The notes beneath the pieces were generated by a model that worked only from the letters and a program-made list of their open reading frames with translations, was not told where the DNA came from and made no database searches. Shown piece by piece: positions 8,013 through 18,559 of a stretch of DNA of 33,787 bases (position 1 is the stretch's first letter; each line of letters opens with the position of its first letter). The translations under genes and the position numbers were made by a program. Source of the DNA: Verrucomicrobiales bacterium (GTDB taxonomy: Bacteria > Verrucomicrobiota > Verrucomicrobiia > Verrucomicrobiales > V1-33); contig JANOAV010000080.1 in assembly GCA_031411295.1 (NCBI GenBank), forward strand, positions 1-33,787. Direction: 5' to 3'.

Positions 8013-10004
8013 ATGCTCACCCGCCGCCACTTGCTTCACACCTGCATCGCCCTCGCCACCTCAGTTTGGATAGGATCAGATCTCGCACGCGCTGCCGATG
8101 CCGTCCCTCAGTCTGTGCAGGAGTTGTGGGCCGACTTTGATCCGCGGAAGGATCCTCTCGAAACTGAGGTCCTCAAGGAATGGGAGCAGAGCGGGGTGGT
8201 TTGTCGGATTGTCCGCTACCAAGTCGGCGTTTTCAAAGGAGTGCCGTCGCGCTTGGCTGCCTTCTACGCCTTTCCGCAAGGAGGAACGAAGCTGCCTGCG
8301 ATTCTCGAAATGCACGGCGGTGGGCAGTCGGCTTCGCTCAACAGTGTGGTCACTTATGCCCAGCGGGGATATGCGAGCATTTCGATCAATTGGGGCGGCA
8401 ACAAGATGAATCTCGGCCAGGAAATATGGAGCGGTCCACAGACCGATTGGGGCAAGCTGGATGCCACGCATCCGCCGCAGCGCAACAAGGCGAACCATTT
8501 CGCAGGCTCGCTCGCACCAGACGACTACACGCTCGACGCGGTCGAGTCCCCGCGGAACAGCAATTGGTTCGTCGTGCTCATGGCGGCCCGCCGGGCCATC
8601 ACGTTTCTAGAAAAGCAGCCAGAAGTGGATGCGACGAGGATCGGGGCGCACGGACATTCCATGGGCGGCAAGCTCACGACGAACCTGGCGGGAATCGATC
8701 AGCGGATCAAAGCAGCGGTGCCATCGTGCGGAGGTTCTGGCGATCTGTTGGAGAGCGAGACTGCAGTGCCCGGCGGAAGCAGAACCAAGCGCACCGCCAT
8801 GGAGCTGGCCTGCGTTTCCGACAATGCCTACATCCCGCTCATCAAATGCCCGGTGCTCTGGCTGTCGCCCACAAATGATTTTCACGCACATATCGATAAC
8901 ATGGCTTGGAACTGGCGCAACGTGCCCGATGACCGCCTGCGTTTCAGCATTTCCCCGCATCTAAATCATCGCCACACGGACGAACATGCCATTACTGAAT
9001 ACTTGTGGTTTGAGCAACACTTAAAAGGCGCAACGTTCCAGATGCCGCAGACCCCAAAGCTGGCGCTGGAACTTAAGACCACCAACGGAGTCCCACGCAT
9101 TACTGTCACACCGGATGAAGCGCAGCCCGTGCAGCGCGTGGACATTTACTACTCGCTCGACCCGCATGCACTCACGCGCTTCTGGCGCGATGCGAAGGCC
9201 ATGAAGTCTGGGGGGACATGGCAGGCCGATTGCCCCGTGATGAATCTGGAGCAACCGATCTTCGCCTACGCCAATGTTGTCTACGCAGCGCCAGCGCAGT
9301 ATCGGAGTGGATCGCAGAAAACGGGACCGGAAAGCAGTGAAACTTTTGCCATCAGCTCTCGTATGGTCTCGGCAGGACCGGAACAATTGCAAGCAGCCAA
9401 GGTGCAAGCAACCGACAAACCGGAACGCCTAATCGACGACGGGGCGTGGGGTTGGCACGACTGGTATTTGCTGAACTGGGCACATCCGCCATTGTGGTCC
9501 GCCACGACGCGCAAGCTGAAGGACCCCAAATGGCGCGGTCCCGATGGGGCCACGCTGCACTTTGACATCAAGTGCGAAAGCGACAACCAACTTGTGCTCA
9601 CCTTCAACTGCAATGCTTGGGGAGCCATGATCCCCGGCCAGCCTGCGGTGGATTACGCGGTCGTAAAAAAACTAAGTGCATCCAAGGACTGGCAAACCGT
9701 CTCGGTTAAACTCAGCGAACTTGTCGCCACCGATACCAAGATCACAGCTCCGCTGGCCAATTGGCTGACCGTTACTGAGTTCAGTATTTCGCCCAGCGGC
9801 ACGACGGTGGTCGACGGCCAGAAAGTAAAAGCGGACGGCAAACCATGGCAGGGCCCGCGTGAAATCCGTCACCTGCGCTGGGAGGGTGGTGAGTATTCGC
9901 GGCAAGCTGCTACGGGGGCACTCTTGAGCCCTGAGGATTTCCAAAAGAACTTCAACGACGCCATCAAGAAATCGTTGGAGCAGGAGAAGTTGGATCGGAA
10001 GTAG
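8013..10004 (+). CDS. Tat-exported alpha/beta-hydrolase (dienelactone hydrolase / acetylxylan esterase-like) with C-terminal carbohydrate-binding-like domain
   Basis: TRRHLL signal, HGGGQ, DATRIGAHGHSMGG nucleophile elbow, SPTND, PHLNH. Confidence 0.8.
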   Translation: MLTRRHLLHTCIALATSVWIGSDLARAADAVPQSVQELWADFDPRKDPLETEVLKEWEQSGVVCRIVRYQVGVFKGVPSRLAAFYAFPQGGTKLPAILEMHGGGQSASLNSVVTYAQRGYASISINWGGNKMNLGQEIWSGPQTDWGKLDATHPPQRNKANHFAGSLAPDDYTLDAVESPRNSNWFVVLMAARRAITFLEKQPEVDATRIGAHGHSMGGKLTTNLAGIDQRIKAAVPSCGGSGDLLESETAVPGGSRTKRTAMELACVSDNAYIPLIKCPVLWLSPTNDFHAHIDNMAWNWRNVPDDRLRFSISPHLNHRHTDEHAITEYLWFEQHLKGATFQMPQTPKLALELKTTNGVPRITVTPDEAQPVQRVDIYYSLDPHALTRFWRDAKAMKSGGTWQADCPVMNLEQPIFAYANVVYAAPAQYRSGSQKTGPESSETFAISSRMVSAGPEQLQAAKVQATDKPERLIDDGAWGWHDWYLLNWAHPPLWSATTRKLKDPKWRGPDGATLHFDIKCESDNQLVLTFNCNAWGAMIPGQPAVDYAVVKKLSASKDWQTVSVKLSELVATDTKITAPLANWLTVTEFSISPSGTTVVDGQKVKADGKPWQGPREIRHLRWEGGEYSRQAATGALLSPEDFQKNFNDAIKKSLEQEKLDRK

Positions 10005-10130
10005 CTGCGGGCTAGGGTGTTCGTGGGGACATCGATTCAGATCTCGGATGTCTTCAGTTGCCCCAGCCGGAGCAGCGCTTACTTGTCGCCTGCAGCCAAT
10101 TACCTGCACTAGCCTTTGCAGCGACCAACC

Positions 10131-11735
10131 ATGAAACAGATCCTCCCTCTTTTAGTTACCTTTCTGCTGGTTTTGCCATTCGTTGCCAGTGCTGCAGACG
10201 AACTGGTGGTTTACCCATCGGTGCCCGGGCTCGCAGCCTCGGAGCATTACCAAGTGCGCGTGCGCTCAGCTAGTGAAGGCAGCGAGTGGCAGCGTGCCTT
10301 CGCTTGGGAAACGGTTTGCAAAACCATCGAAAAGAAATCGGATGCTTACTTTGACTCGCTGGCGGGCTGGACCCACACGTATGTGAACTTTGAAACTACC
10401 GGGGCCGTGGAGATTGAAATCGCCCGCGCGAATGGCGAGCCGATTCATACCGCGGCGGTGCACCCACAACGCAAAGCCTCAGCCTGTTCGGTCAAGGACG
10501 GCAAGGCTCTGGTGAGGCTCGATAAGCCCTGTCTCGTGGCGGTTGATATTGATGGCCAGATGGATGCACAGGACACGGGCAAGGGCTACAAGGGGCCGCC
10601 GATTCATACGATCTCGATCTTTGCCAACCCTCCAGTAATCGGCAAACCAAAGCCAACGGATCCTGGGGTGTTGACGGTAAAACCAGGTGAAACGCCGCCT
10701 GCGGATGGGCCTTGGACCACGCTTTATTTCCTGCCGGGGGTGCATGATGTTGGTGTCGCATTTCCGGTGCGCGCGAACCGGCAATATTACATTCCGGGAG
10801 ATGCGATGGTTTACGGCACGCTCTCCAGTCGGAAGTGGGGTGAGGGTCACGATATCCGCATCTTTGGTGTCGGCACGCTGTCGGGAGCCCGACTCAAGCA
10901 TCCCAGTTATGTCTCCCCTAAAATTTCCGAAAAAGACCACGGGCTTTACCGTCCCATTGAAATTGTGGGCACTACCGATACCCGCGTGGAGGGCATTACC
11001 ATCGCGGACTCAGCGACTCACTCGCTCATGCTGATCAGTCCTTATCAGGAAGGTCATCCTAACGAGGTGAAGTGGACGAAGATTTTCACTTGGCGGGCCA
11101 ATGGCGATGGGATCAATCCTTTCGGCAACACGTTGATCGAGGACTGCTTCATCCGCACGCAGGACGATTCGCTTTATGCGAACGGTCGCGGCATTCGTCG
11201 CACCGTGCTGTGGAACGATGCCAACGGATCTTCCTTTGTGCTGAGCGGCCTGCCCCAACTCACCAACCGCCAGTTGATCGTGGAGGACTGCGATGTGATC
11301 TATGCACGGGCGAAATGGCACCACTGGAGCGGCGGCCGGGTCTTCAACATGCGCGGTGAAGGTGGGCGGGCCGCCGGGGCCGGGGTGATTATCCGCAACA
11401 TCAATATCGAGGACCCCCGGCCGACGCTACAGCAGTTCTTCATTTGCATGACCATGCCGGAACCCTACTCCAAAGACGCGGAAAAGCGCACCGCCGGAGA
11501 CCTGTCGGGCATCCTCTTCCAGAACATTTCCATTGCTGCCCCCAGCGTCCTTGATGAACCCCAAATCCTCTGGGGCCAAGCCGACGCCCGCATCCGCAAC
11601 CTCACTTTCGAGAATCTCACCCTAGCAGGAAAACCCGTGAGCACCGCGGAGTTTTTCAAAACGAACGAGTTCGTTGATGGGCTGACCTTCAAGGCTGGCG
11701 CCGCTTCCGATAGCAAGCAGGGAGCAGGTAAATGA
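10131..11735 (+). CDS. Secreted right-handed beta-helix glycoside hydrolase (GH28/GH49-like)
   Basis: Signal peptide MKQILPLL...ASA; LYFLPGVH, YYIPGDAMVYG, GVGTLSG, WRANGDGI, FIRTQDDSLY. Confidence 0.75.
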   Translation: MKQILPLLVTFLLVLPFVASAADELVVYPSVPGLAASEHYQVRVRSASEGSEWQRAFAWETVCKTIEKKSDAYFDSLAGWTHTYVNFETTGAVEIEIARANGEPIHTAAVHPQRKASACSVKDGKALVRLDKPCLVAVDIDGQMDAQDTGKGYKGPPIHTISIFANPPVIGKPKPTDPGVLTVKPGETPPADGPWTTLYFLPGVHDVGVAFPVRANRQYYIPGDAMVYGTLSSRKWGEGHDIRIFGVGTLSGARLKHPSYVSPKISEKDHGLYRPIEIVGTTDTRVEGITIADSATHSLMLISPYQEGHPNEVKWTKIFTWRANGDGINPFGNTLIEDCFIRTQDDSLYANGRGIRRTVLWNDANGSSFVLSGLPQLTNRQLIVEDCDVIYARAKWHHWSGGRVFNMRGEGGRAAGAGVIIRNINIEDPRPTLQQFFICMTMPEPYSKDAEKRTAGDLSGILFQNISIAAPSVLDEPQILWGQADARIRNLTFENLTLAGKPVSTAEFFKTNEFVDGLTFKAGAASDSKQGAGK

Positions 11736-11863
11736 AGACAAGATGAATGTGGATCGCTCCGCGCAAATTTCTGCTGCCCATACGTAAAGCGAGAATGCTG
11801 GAGGCTTCTCGCTCCGACAGCAGTTCGACTTACGAATAAGTTATCGCTAACCCAACGCAGCAT

Positions 11864-11919
11864 GTCTCTGGGGACGAGGGCGTCCCCGAAACCATGGTGA
11901 GCGAGGGCGCTCCCGCAAC
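11864..11919. repeat. REP-like palindrome pair (family 1) downstream of katG
   Basis: GGGGACG-AGGG-CGTCCCC and GAGCG-AGGG-CGCTC; reverse-complement homologue of 467-519. It lies between convergent genes and may also act as a terminator. Confidence 0.8.
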
Positions 11920-11929
11920 GCTAACTACC

Positions 11930-14176
<2,247 letters not shown>

Positions 14177-14379
14177 TCAATCAAGGGGGGAGCCGATGGT
14201 TTGCGACGTTGCCGCGAAAGAACGAAGCAGGTGGCTACTCAGTATGCAGAGATCCGAAAATTTCCAGAGATTTTGTGCTTTTTTCGAGGGAACTCTCGGT
14301 GGACCGACAGGAAGCTGAGGCATTCGCCCCATTCCAGTGCGCAGACTTTTAAACTTGGGGAGAGCGAATTTTCGTAAAA

Positions 14380-14410
14380 TCTTCGTCATGCTTTCCTTCG
14401 CAGGGCTTAA
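14380..14410 (+). promoter_or_regulatory. Putative ECF-sigma promoter, copy 1 (autoregulatory)
   Basis: TCTTCGTCATGCTTTCC-8 nt-GCTTAA, 9 nt before the sigma ATG; same motif and spacing at 16698-16728. Confidence 0.7.
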
Positions 14411-14419
14411 AATGAGGAA

Positions 14420-14953
14420 ATGAACAGCACTCCTTCACAAGATTTCCCGTCCGCGTTTGTGCAGCACCTTACGGGGGCACAAAGCGCGCTGTATGCGTTT
14501 ATTTGCAGCCTCATGGGCGAACTGGAGCAAGCCCAGGATGTGCTCCAGGAGACCAATGTAAAGCTCTGGCGACGCGCCAGGGAGTATGACGCATCGCGTC
14601 CATTTCTGGCGTGGGCTTATTCCTTTGCCCGCTGGGAAGTCATGGCTTGGCGAAAGAAGGTGCAGCGTTCGCGATTGGTCTTGGATGACGATTTACTGGA
14701 TCTCGTGGCCGCTAAACTGGCAACGCCAGCGGATGTAGATGGATCGCTGGCAGCCCTGGAAAAATGTCTGGCGCACTTGCCATCAAAGCAGCGGGAGATT
14801 GTGCATGCCCGCTATGAACAAGGCGAAACGGTCCGCGCCATGGCCGCCCGCATGGGACAACCAGAGAATGCTCTGGCCGCGCTGCTCTATCGGATTCGGC
14901 GCGCCTTGCACGAATGCATCACCGCTAGCTTGGCCAAGGAGGAACACGTATGA
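14420..14953 (+). CDS. ECF sigma-70 factor (Rhodopirellula/Verrucomicrobium type)
   Basis: Region 2 AQDVLQETNVKLW...FLAWAYSFAR; region 4 ALEKCLAHLP...LYRIRRALHECI. Confidence 0.93.
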   Translation: MNSTPSQDFPSAFVQHLTGAQSALYAFICSLMGELEQAQDVLQETNVKLWRRAREYDASRPFLAWAYSFARWEVMAWRKKVQRSRLVLDDDLLDLVAAKLATPADVDGSLAALEKCLAHLPSKQREIVHARYEQGETVRAMAARMGQPENALAALLYRIRRALHECITASLAKEEHV

Positions 14954-15924
14954 ACCAAGACGCACAAGAATTTGCTGAATTAATGCAGTCCGCTTTGGAC
15001 GGGAGCCTGACGGATGAACAGCGCCCGCAACTGCAACATTTCCTCCGGACTGATTCAGAGGCAATGCACAGCTACTGCCAGCAAATGCGCATCCATGCGT
15101 TACTGACCTGGCGGTCTGGAACGGCTGCCAACGCAGCAATGGTTGAGCCTATCAATCTGGTCGCGATGCCGACGAAAAAGCGACGTCTCATCCGCTGGAT
15201 GGGCACCGTGGCCGCTATGATGGCCTTGGCTACTGCGGGCTTGTTGCTCTTTTCCCCAAAGCCTGCGGAGGCGGCCTCCGCGGTCTTGACACGCATGATT
15301 GCGGTGGCCTCCAGAGGCAGCGACCGCACCTTCCAGCTCAAGGTGCTCGCAGGTGAGCCATTCGTGCGGCTCATCAATAACCAGAGTGCTTCATTTGAAG
15401 GAGCAATGCTGCACGTGGGACGCGGCGGGCAGTTTGTTTATGAATGTGATCTCTCGGACAGATCGCGACGCATTTCGGGATCCGACGGGGTCACTTCCTG
15501 GGACATCATCGGGCGATCTCCGGTCCATCTGAGCAACGATCCGACGCGCTTCAGTCACCATTTACCCGGCCAACAGGAAAATTTCACGTTCCTGGACCCC
15601 TACGCGCAGCTGGCTATGCTGCGGGACGGGTATGATATTTCCTACGCTGACGACTCCAATCCAGCCATCCGCACCATCAAGGCTGTGAGACGTGGCAGAG
15701 AATACCGGGGGCCGCGCGAAGCCCGAATTGTCTTCGATGGGAAAACGAATGTCATTCACAGTATCGATCTCATCGGCCTGCCGCAAGAACGCGGGGGCCC
15801 GTCAGCCCTGCGGCTGACGCTGGTGGCAGAAAAATCATTTCCACCAGGTTTCTTTAGCCATGACGCCCATCACGAATCGGGACGCCGCATTGAAATGGAG
15901 CCCGCGTCCCGTCCAGTTCGTTGA
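14950..15924 (+). CDS. Putative membrane-anchored anti-sigma factor
   Basis: 4-bp overlap with the sigma gene; N-terminal LDGSLTDEQ...Y...HALL anti-sigma-like segment, one TM helix after KKRR, then an extracytoplasmic beta-rich domain. Confidence 0.7.
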   Translation: MNQDAQEFAELMQSALDGSLTDEQRPQLQHFLRTDSEAMHSYCQQMRIHALLTWRSGTAANAAMVEPINLVAMPTKKRRLIRWMGTVAAMMALATAGLLLFSPKPAEAASAVLTRMIAVASRGSDRTFQLKVLAGEPFVRLINNQSASFEGAMLHVGRGGQFVYECDLSDRSRRISGSDGVTSWDIIGRSPVHLSNDPTRFSHHLPGQQENFTFLDPYAQLAMLRDGYDISYADDSNPAIRTIKAVRRGREYRGPREARIVFDGKTNVIHSIDLIGLPQERGGPSALRLTLVAEKSFPPGFFSHDAHHESGRRIEMEPASRPVR

Positions 15925-15934
15925 TATGATACAT

Positions 15935-15969
15935 TCTGACTAGACAGGTCAGAGTTTCCAGGCTAATCT
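15935..15969 (+). promoter_or_regulatory. Sigma70-like promoter and operator of phd-vapC
   Basis: TAGACA (15941-15946)-17 nt-TAATCT (15964-15969), 5 nt before the ATG; inverted repeat TCTGAC-N7-GTCAGA over the -35. Confidence 0.65.
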
Positions 15970-15974
15970 CCGCC

Positions 15975-16232
15975 ATGACTCGAACTTGGCAATTACAAGA
16001 AGCAAAGAGCCGCTTCAGCGAACTGGTAGAAACCGCTATCACCAAGGGGGCGCAGACGGTGACTAAGCATGGAAAACCTGCTGTGGTGATCATTTCCGCC
16101 GAGGAATATCAACGCACTGTGGCTCCACGTAGATCGCTGGCCTCTGCGCTACGGGCCTGCCCAGAGGACTTGACTCCGTTGCTCGGTAAGCGCGCCAAGC
16201 AAGTGGCTCGGAAGATCAATTTTGGGCAGTAA
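15975..16232 (+). CDS. Phd/YefM-family antitoxin
   Basis: WQLQEAKSRFSELVE...QTVTKHGKPAVVIISAEEY. Confidence 0.92.
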   Translation: MTRTWQLQEAKSRFSELVETAITKGAQTVTKHGKPAVVIISAEEYQRTVAPRRSLASALRACPEDLTPLLGKRAKQVARKINFGQ

Positions 16233-16235
16233 CGC

Positions 16236-16649
16236 ATGAAATATTTGTTAGATACAAATGTCGTCTGTGAAGCTACGGCCAAGCAACCGGATGCGTCAGT
16301 GTTGGCTTGGGTCGAAGCTCATGCCCATGAATGTTATCTCTCCTGTGTGTCGCTGGGGGAAATTTGGAAAGGACTGCATCGCTTGCCGGAAGGGAAGCGG
16401 AAACGGGGACTGATTCTGTGGGCCGAGTCGCTGGAACATGATTTTTCAGAACAATTGCTGGGGCTGGATACAATTACACTGAAAGCCTGGGGCAAACTCT
16501 ACGCCAAGCACGAAGCTCATGGTTTCAATATGGATGTGATGGATAGTTTGATCGCTGCAACTGCGCTGGTGCATCACCTCACCGTGGTTACAAGAAATAC
16601 GCCTGACTTCCCCACAGACGTGAAGACGAAGAATCCTTGGAAAGGCTAA
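16236..16649 (+). CDS. vapC: VapC PIN-domain toxin
   Basis: YLLDTNVVCE, GEI, DSLIAATALVHHLTVVTRNxxDF, NPW. Confidence 0.92.
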   Translation: MKYLLDTNVVCEATAKQPDASVLAWVEAHAHECYLSCVSLGEIWKGLHRLPEGKRKRGLILWAESLEHDFSEQLLGLDTITLKAWGKLYAKHEAHGFNMDVMDSLIAATALVHHLTVVTRNTPDFPTDVKTKNPWKG

Positions 16650-16697
16650 TGATGGTAGTCTGAGCATTTATGGAATTGAATAACTGCATCGGAAAAC

Positions 16698-16728
16698 TCT
16701 TCGTCATACTTTCCCGGTCCGTGCTTAA
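16698..16728 (+). promoter_or_regulatory. Putative ECF-sigma promoter, copy 2
   Basis: TCTTCGTCATACTTTCC-8 nt-GCTTAA, 9 nt before ATG 16738; 22 of 23 motif positions match copy 1. Confidence 0.7.
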
Positions 16729-16737
16729 TTAGTGAAT

Positions 16738-18531
16738 ATGAAAATTCATTTTAACAACTACGGGCAATCGAAACTCTCCTCGCTGCGATCATGTTCATGG
16801 GGAGCGCTGCGATGTGCTACCGTTGCTTTCCCTTGCTTCCTAACAGTGGTTGCAATGCAACTCAATGCCCATCACCTTGATTCTTGGGTGACTGAAACAG
16901 GATACCAACTCAGTGGCGAGGCCGCTCTGGCTGAGTTGGAGGAGGCGGCTAATCACCTTGATTCAGACACCGACGGGTGGAGCCTGGTGGCAGTTCCGCA
17001 AGGGCCTGCGCCAAAACAAGCGGCATCGTTTGCGATGTTCTCGCCCAAGGTCACGACCCGTTGGGATCAAAATTTCTTGTTCATTGAATCGAATGGTTTG
17101 CCGGCGCATAACATGATGGTGGGCATCACGGCTTGGCAGCAGCAAGTGCCCCTGCCGCAGAAATATTCGAGTGATAACGCGTGGCGCATCCCGCTCCACC
17201 CCGTGCCAGCCAAGGAGCCTCAGATGGTGAAAGGGAGGTTTTTCGGGGGGGCGATTGCCATTGCAGCCAACGGGATTCCGATTTTCAATCCACAAAATAA
17301 TCGGGGAGAAGTGTCGTATGAAATTGGTGAACTTGATCAATGGGGAGGTCACTGTGGGCGGGCGGATGATTATCATTATCACATGGCACCACTTCATTTA
17401 CAAAAGGTGCTGGGGCAGGACAAGCCAGTGGCGCATGCTCTGGATGGCTATCCGATTTATGGGCTGACGGAACCTAACGGAGCCGTGCCGAAGGACTTGG
17501 ACGCCTTGCGTGGTCACAGCACGCCGGAGTTGGGGTATCACTATCATGCATCGGAAAAGTATCCGTATGTCATTGGTGGCTTCCATGGGGAAGTGACGGA
17601 GCGCGACGGGCAGGTGGACCCACAACCTCGCGCGCAGCCGGTGCGAGAGGCCTCGCAACCGCTTCGGGGCGCAAAGATTACGGGATTCGAGTCCACGAGT
17701 GCCAGCAGCTACAAGCTTAGTTATGCAGTGGACAACGATCAGCGAGCCATAGCCTATAAAATCAATCCTGACGCCACTTATACTTTCGATTACGACAACG
17801 GACGCGACGGTAAGAAACAGGAAATTTACACGGAACGAAAGGGTGGTGGCAAAGGACAGCCAAGCAGGCCTGATGGTCCGCCAGAGAAAGGCTCACGGGA
17901 ACGCCCCCGGGCAGGACCGCCGGAGAAAGGCGCCCGGCCAACCGAATTCAAGGAACGCCCAGATCAACCTCGCAGCAGCAGCGGAACGTTCCTGCTGACC
18001 AGTCATGTTATGGAGGATAAATCCGCAATGCCAACAGAATTTACCGGAGATGGCGCAGGAATCACTCCGCCGTTGGAATGGAAGGGCGCTCCCGCAGGCA
18101 CGCAAGGTTATGCGTTGCTGATGGATCACACTGATCCTCAAGGAATGATGAAATGGTATTGGACGCTGTATGACATTCCTGCCAGTGCAGCGAGTTTGGC
18201 GAAGGATGATCACCAGACGGGCAAGATGGGCACTGGCTTCAAAGGCAAGATCGGCTACGAACCCCCGCACTCCAAAGGTCCAGGGGCAAAGACTTATGTC
18301 ATCACACTGTATGCGCTTTCGGCACCACTTGCCTTGAACGATCCCAAATTGGTGAATCGCGAAACCCTGCTGGCGGCCATGAAAGGAAAGGTGCTGGCGA
18401 GTTCATCGCTGCGGGTGGTGCACACCAGCGGAGGAGAAAGTGGAGGGGGAGCAGATCGCCCTCCACCGCGTCCAGACGCGGCCCCGCCGCAGAATCTGAA
18501 AGGCGTGGATGCGGGCTCATCCGGCCACTAA
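16738..18531 (+). CDS. YHYH-domain protein fused to a C-terminal YbhB/YbcL (PEBP) domain
   Basis: IESNGLP, AIAANGIPIFNP, DQWGGHCGRADDYHYH, ALDGYPIYG, GHS...GYHYH; Pro/Gly/Lys-rich linker; then FLLTS...EFTGDGAGITPPLEWKGAPAGT...YEPPHSKGPGAKTYVITLYAL. Confidence 0.85.
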   Translation: MKIHFNNYGQSKLSSLRSCSWGALRCATVAFPCFLTVVAMQLNAHHLDSWVTETGYQLSGEAALAELEEAANHLDSDTDGWSLVAVPQGPAPKQAASFAMFSPKVTTRWDQNFLFIESNGLPAHNMMVGITAWQQQVPLPQKYSSDNAWRIPLHPVPAKEPQMVKGRFFGGAIAIAANGIPIFNPQNNRGEVSYEIGELDQWGGHCGRADDYHYHMAPLHLQKVLGQDKPVAHALDGYPIYGLTEPNGAVPKDLDALRGHSTPELGYHYHASEKYPYVIGGFHGEVTERDGQVDPQPRAQPVREASQPLRGAKITGFESTSASSYKLSYAVDNDQRAIAYKINPDATYTFDYDNGRDGKKQEIYTERKGGGKGQPSRPDGPPEKGSRERPRAGPPEKGARPTEFKERPDQPRSSSGTFLLTSHVMEDKSAMPTEFTGDGAGITPPLEWKGAPAGTQGYALLMDHTDPQGMMKWYWTLYDIPASAASLAKDDHQTGKMGTGFKGKIGYEPPHSKGPGAKTYVITLYALSAPLALNDPKLVNRETLLAAMKGKVLASSSLRVVHTSGGESGGGADRPPPRPDAAPPQNLKGVDAGSSGH

Positions 18532-18559
18532 ATTTCCTTCCGACAAACAGACTCATTCC

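Noticed and set aside
16871..16964. 13-bp direct repeat ATCACCTTGATTC, 81 bp apart, in the YHYH gene
   Set aside because: Only two in-frame copies encoding HLDS; a small internal duplication, not an array or target-site duplication.
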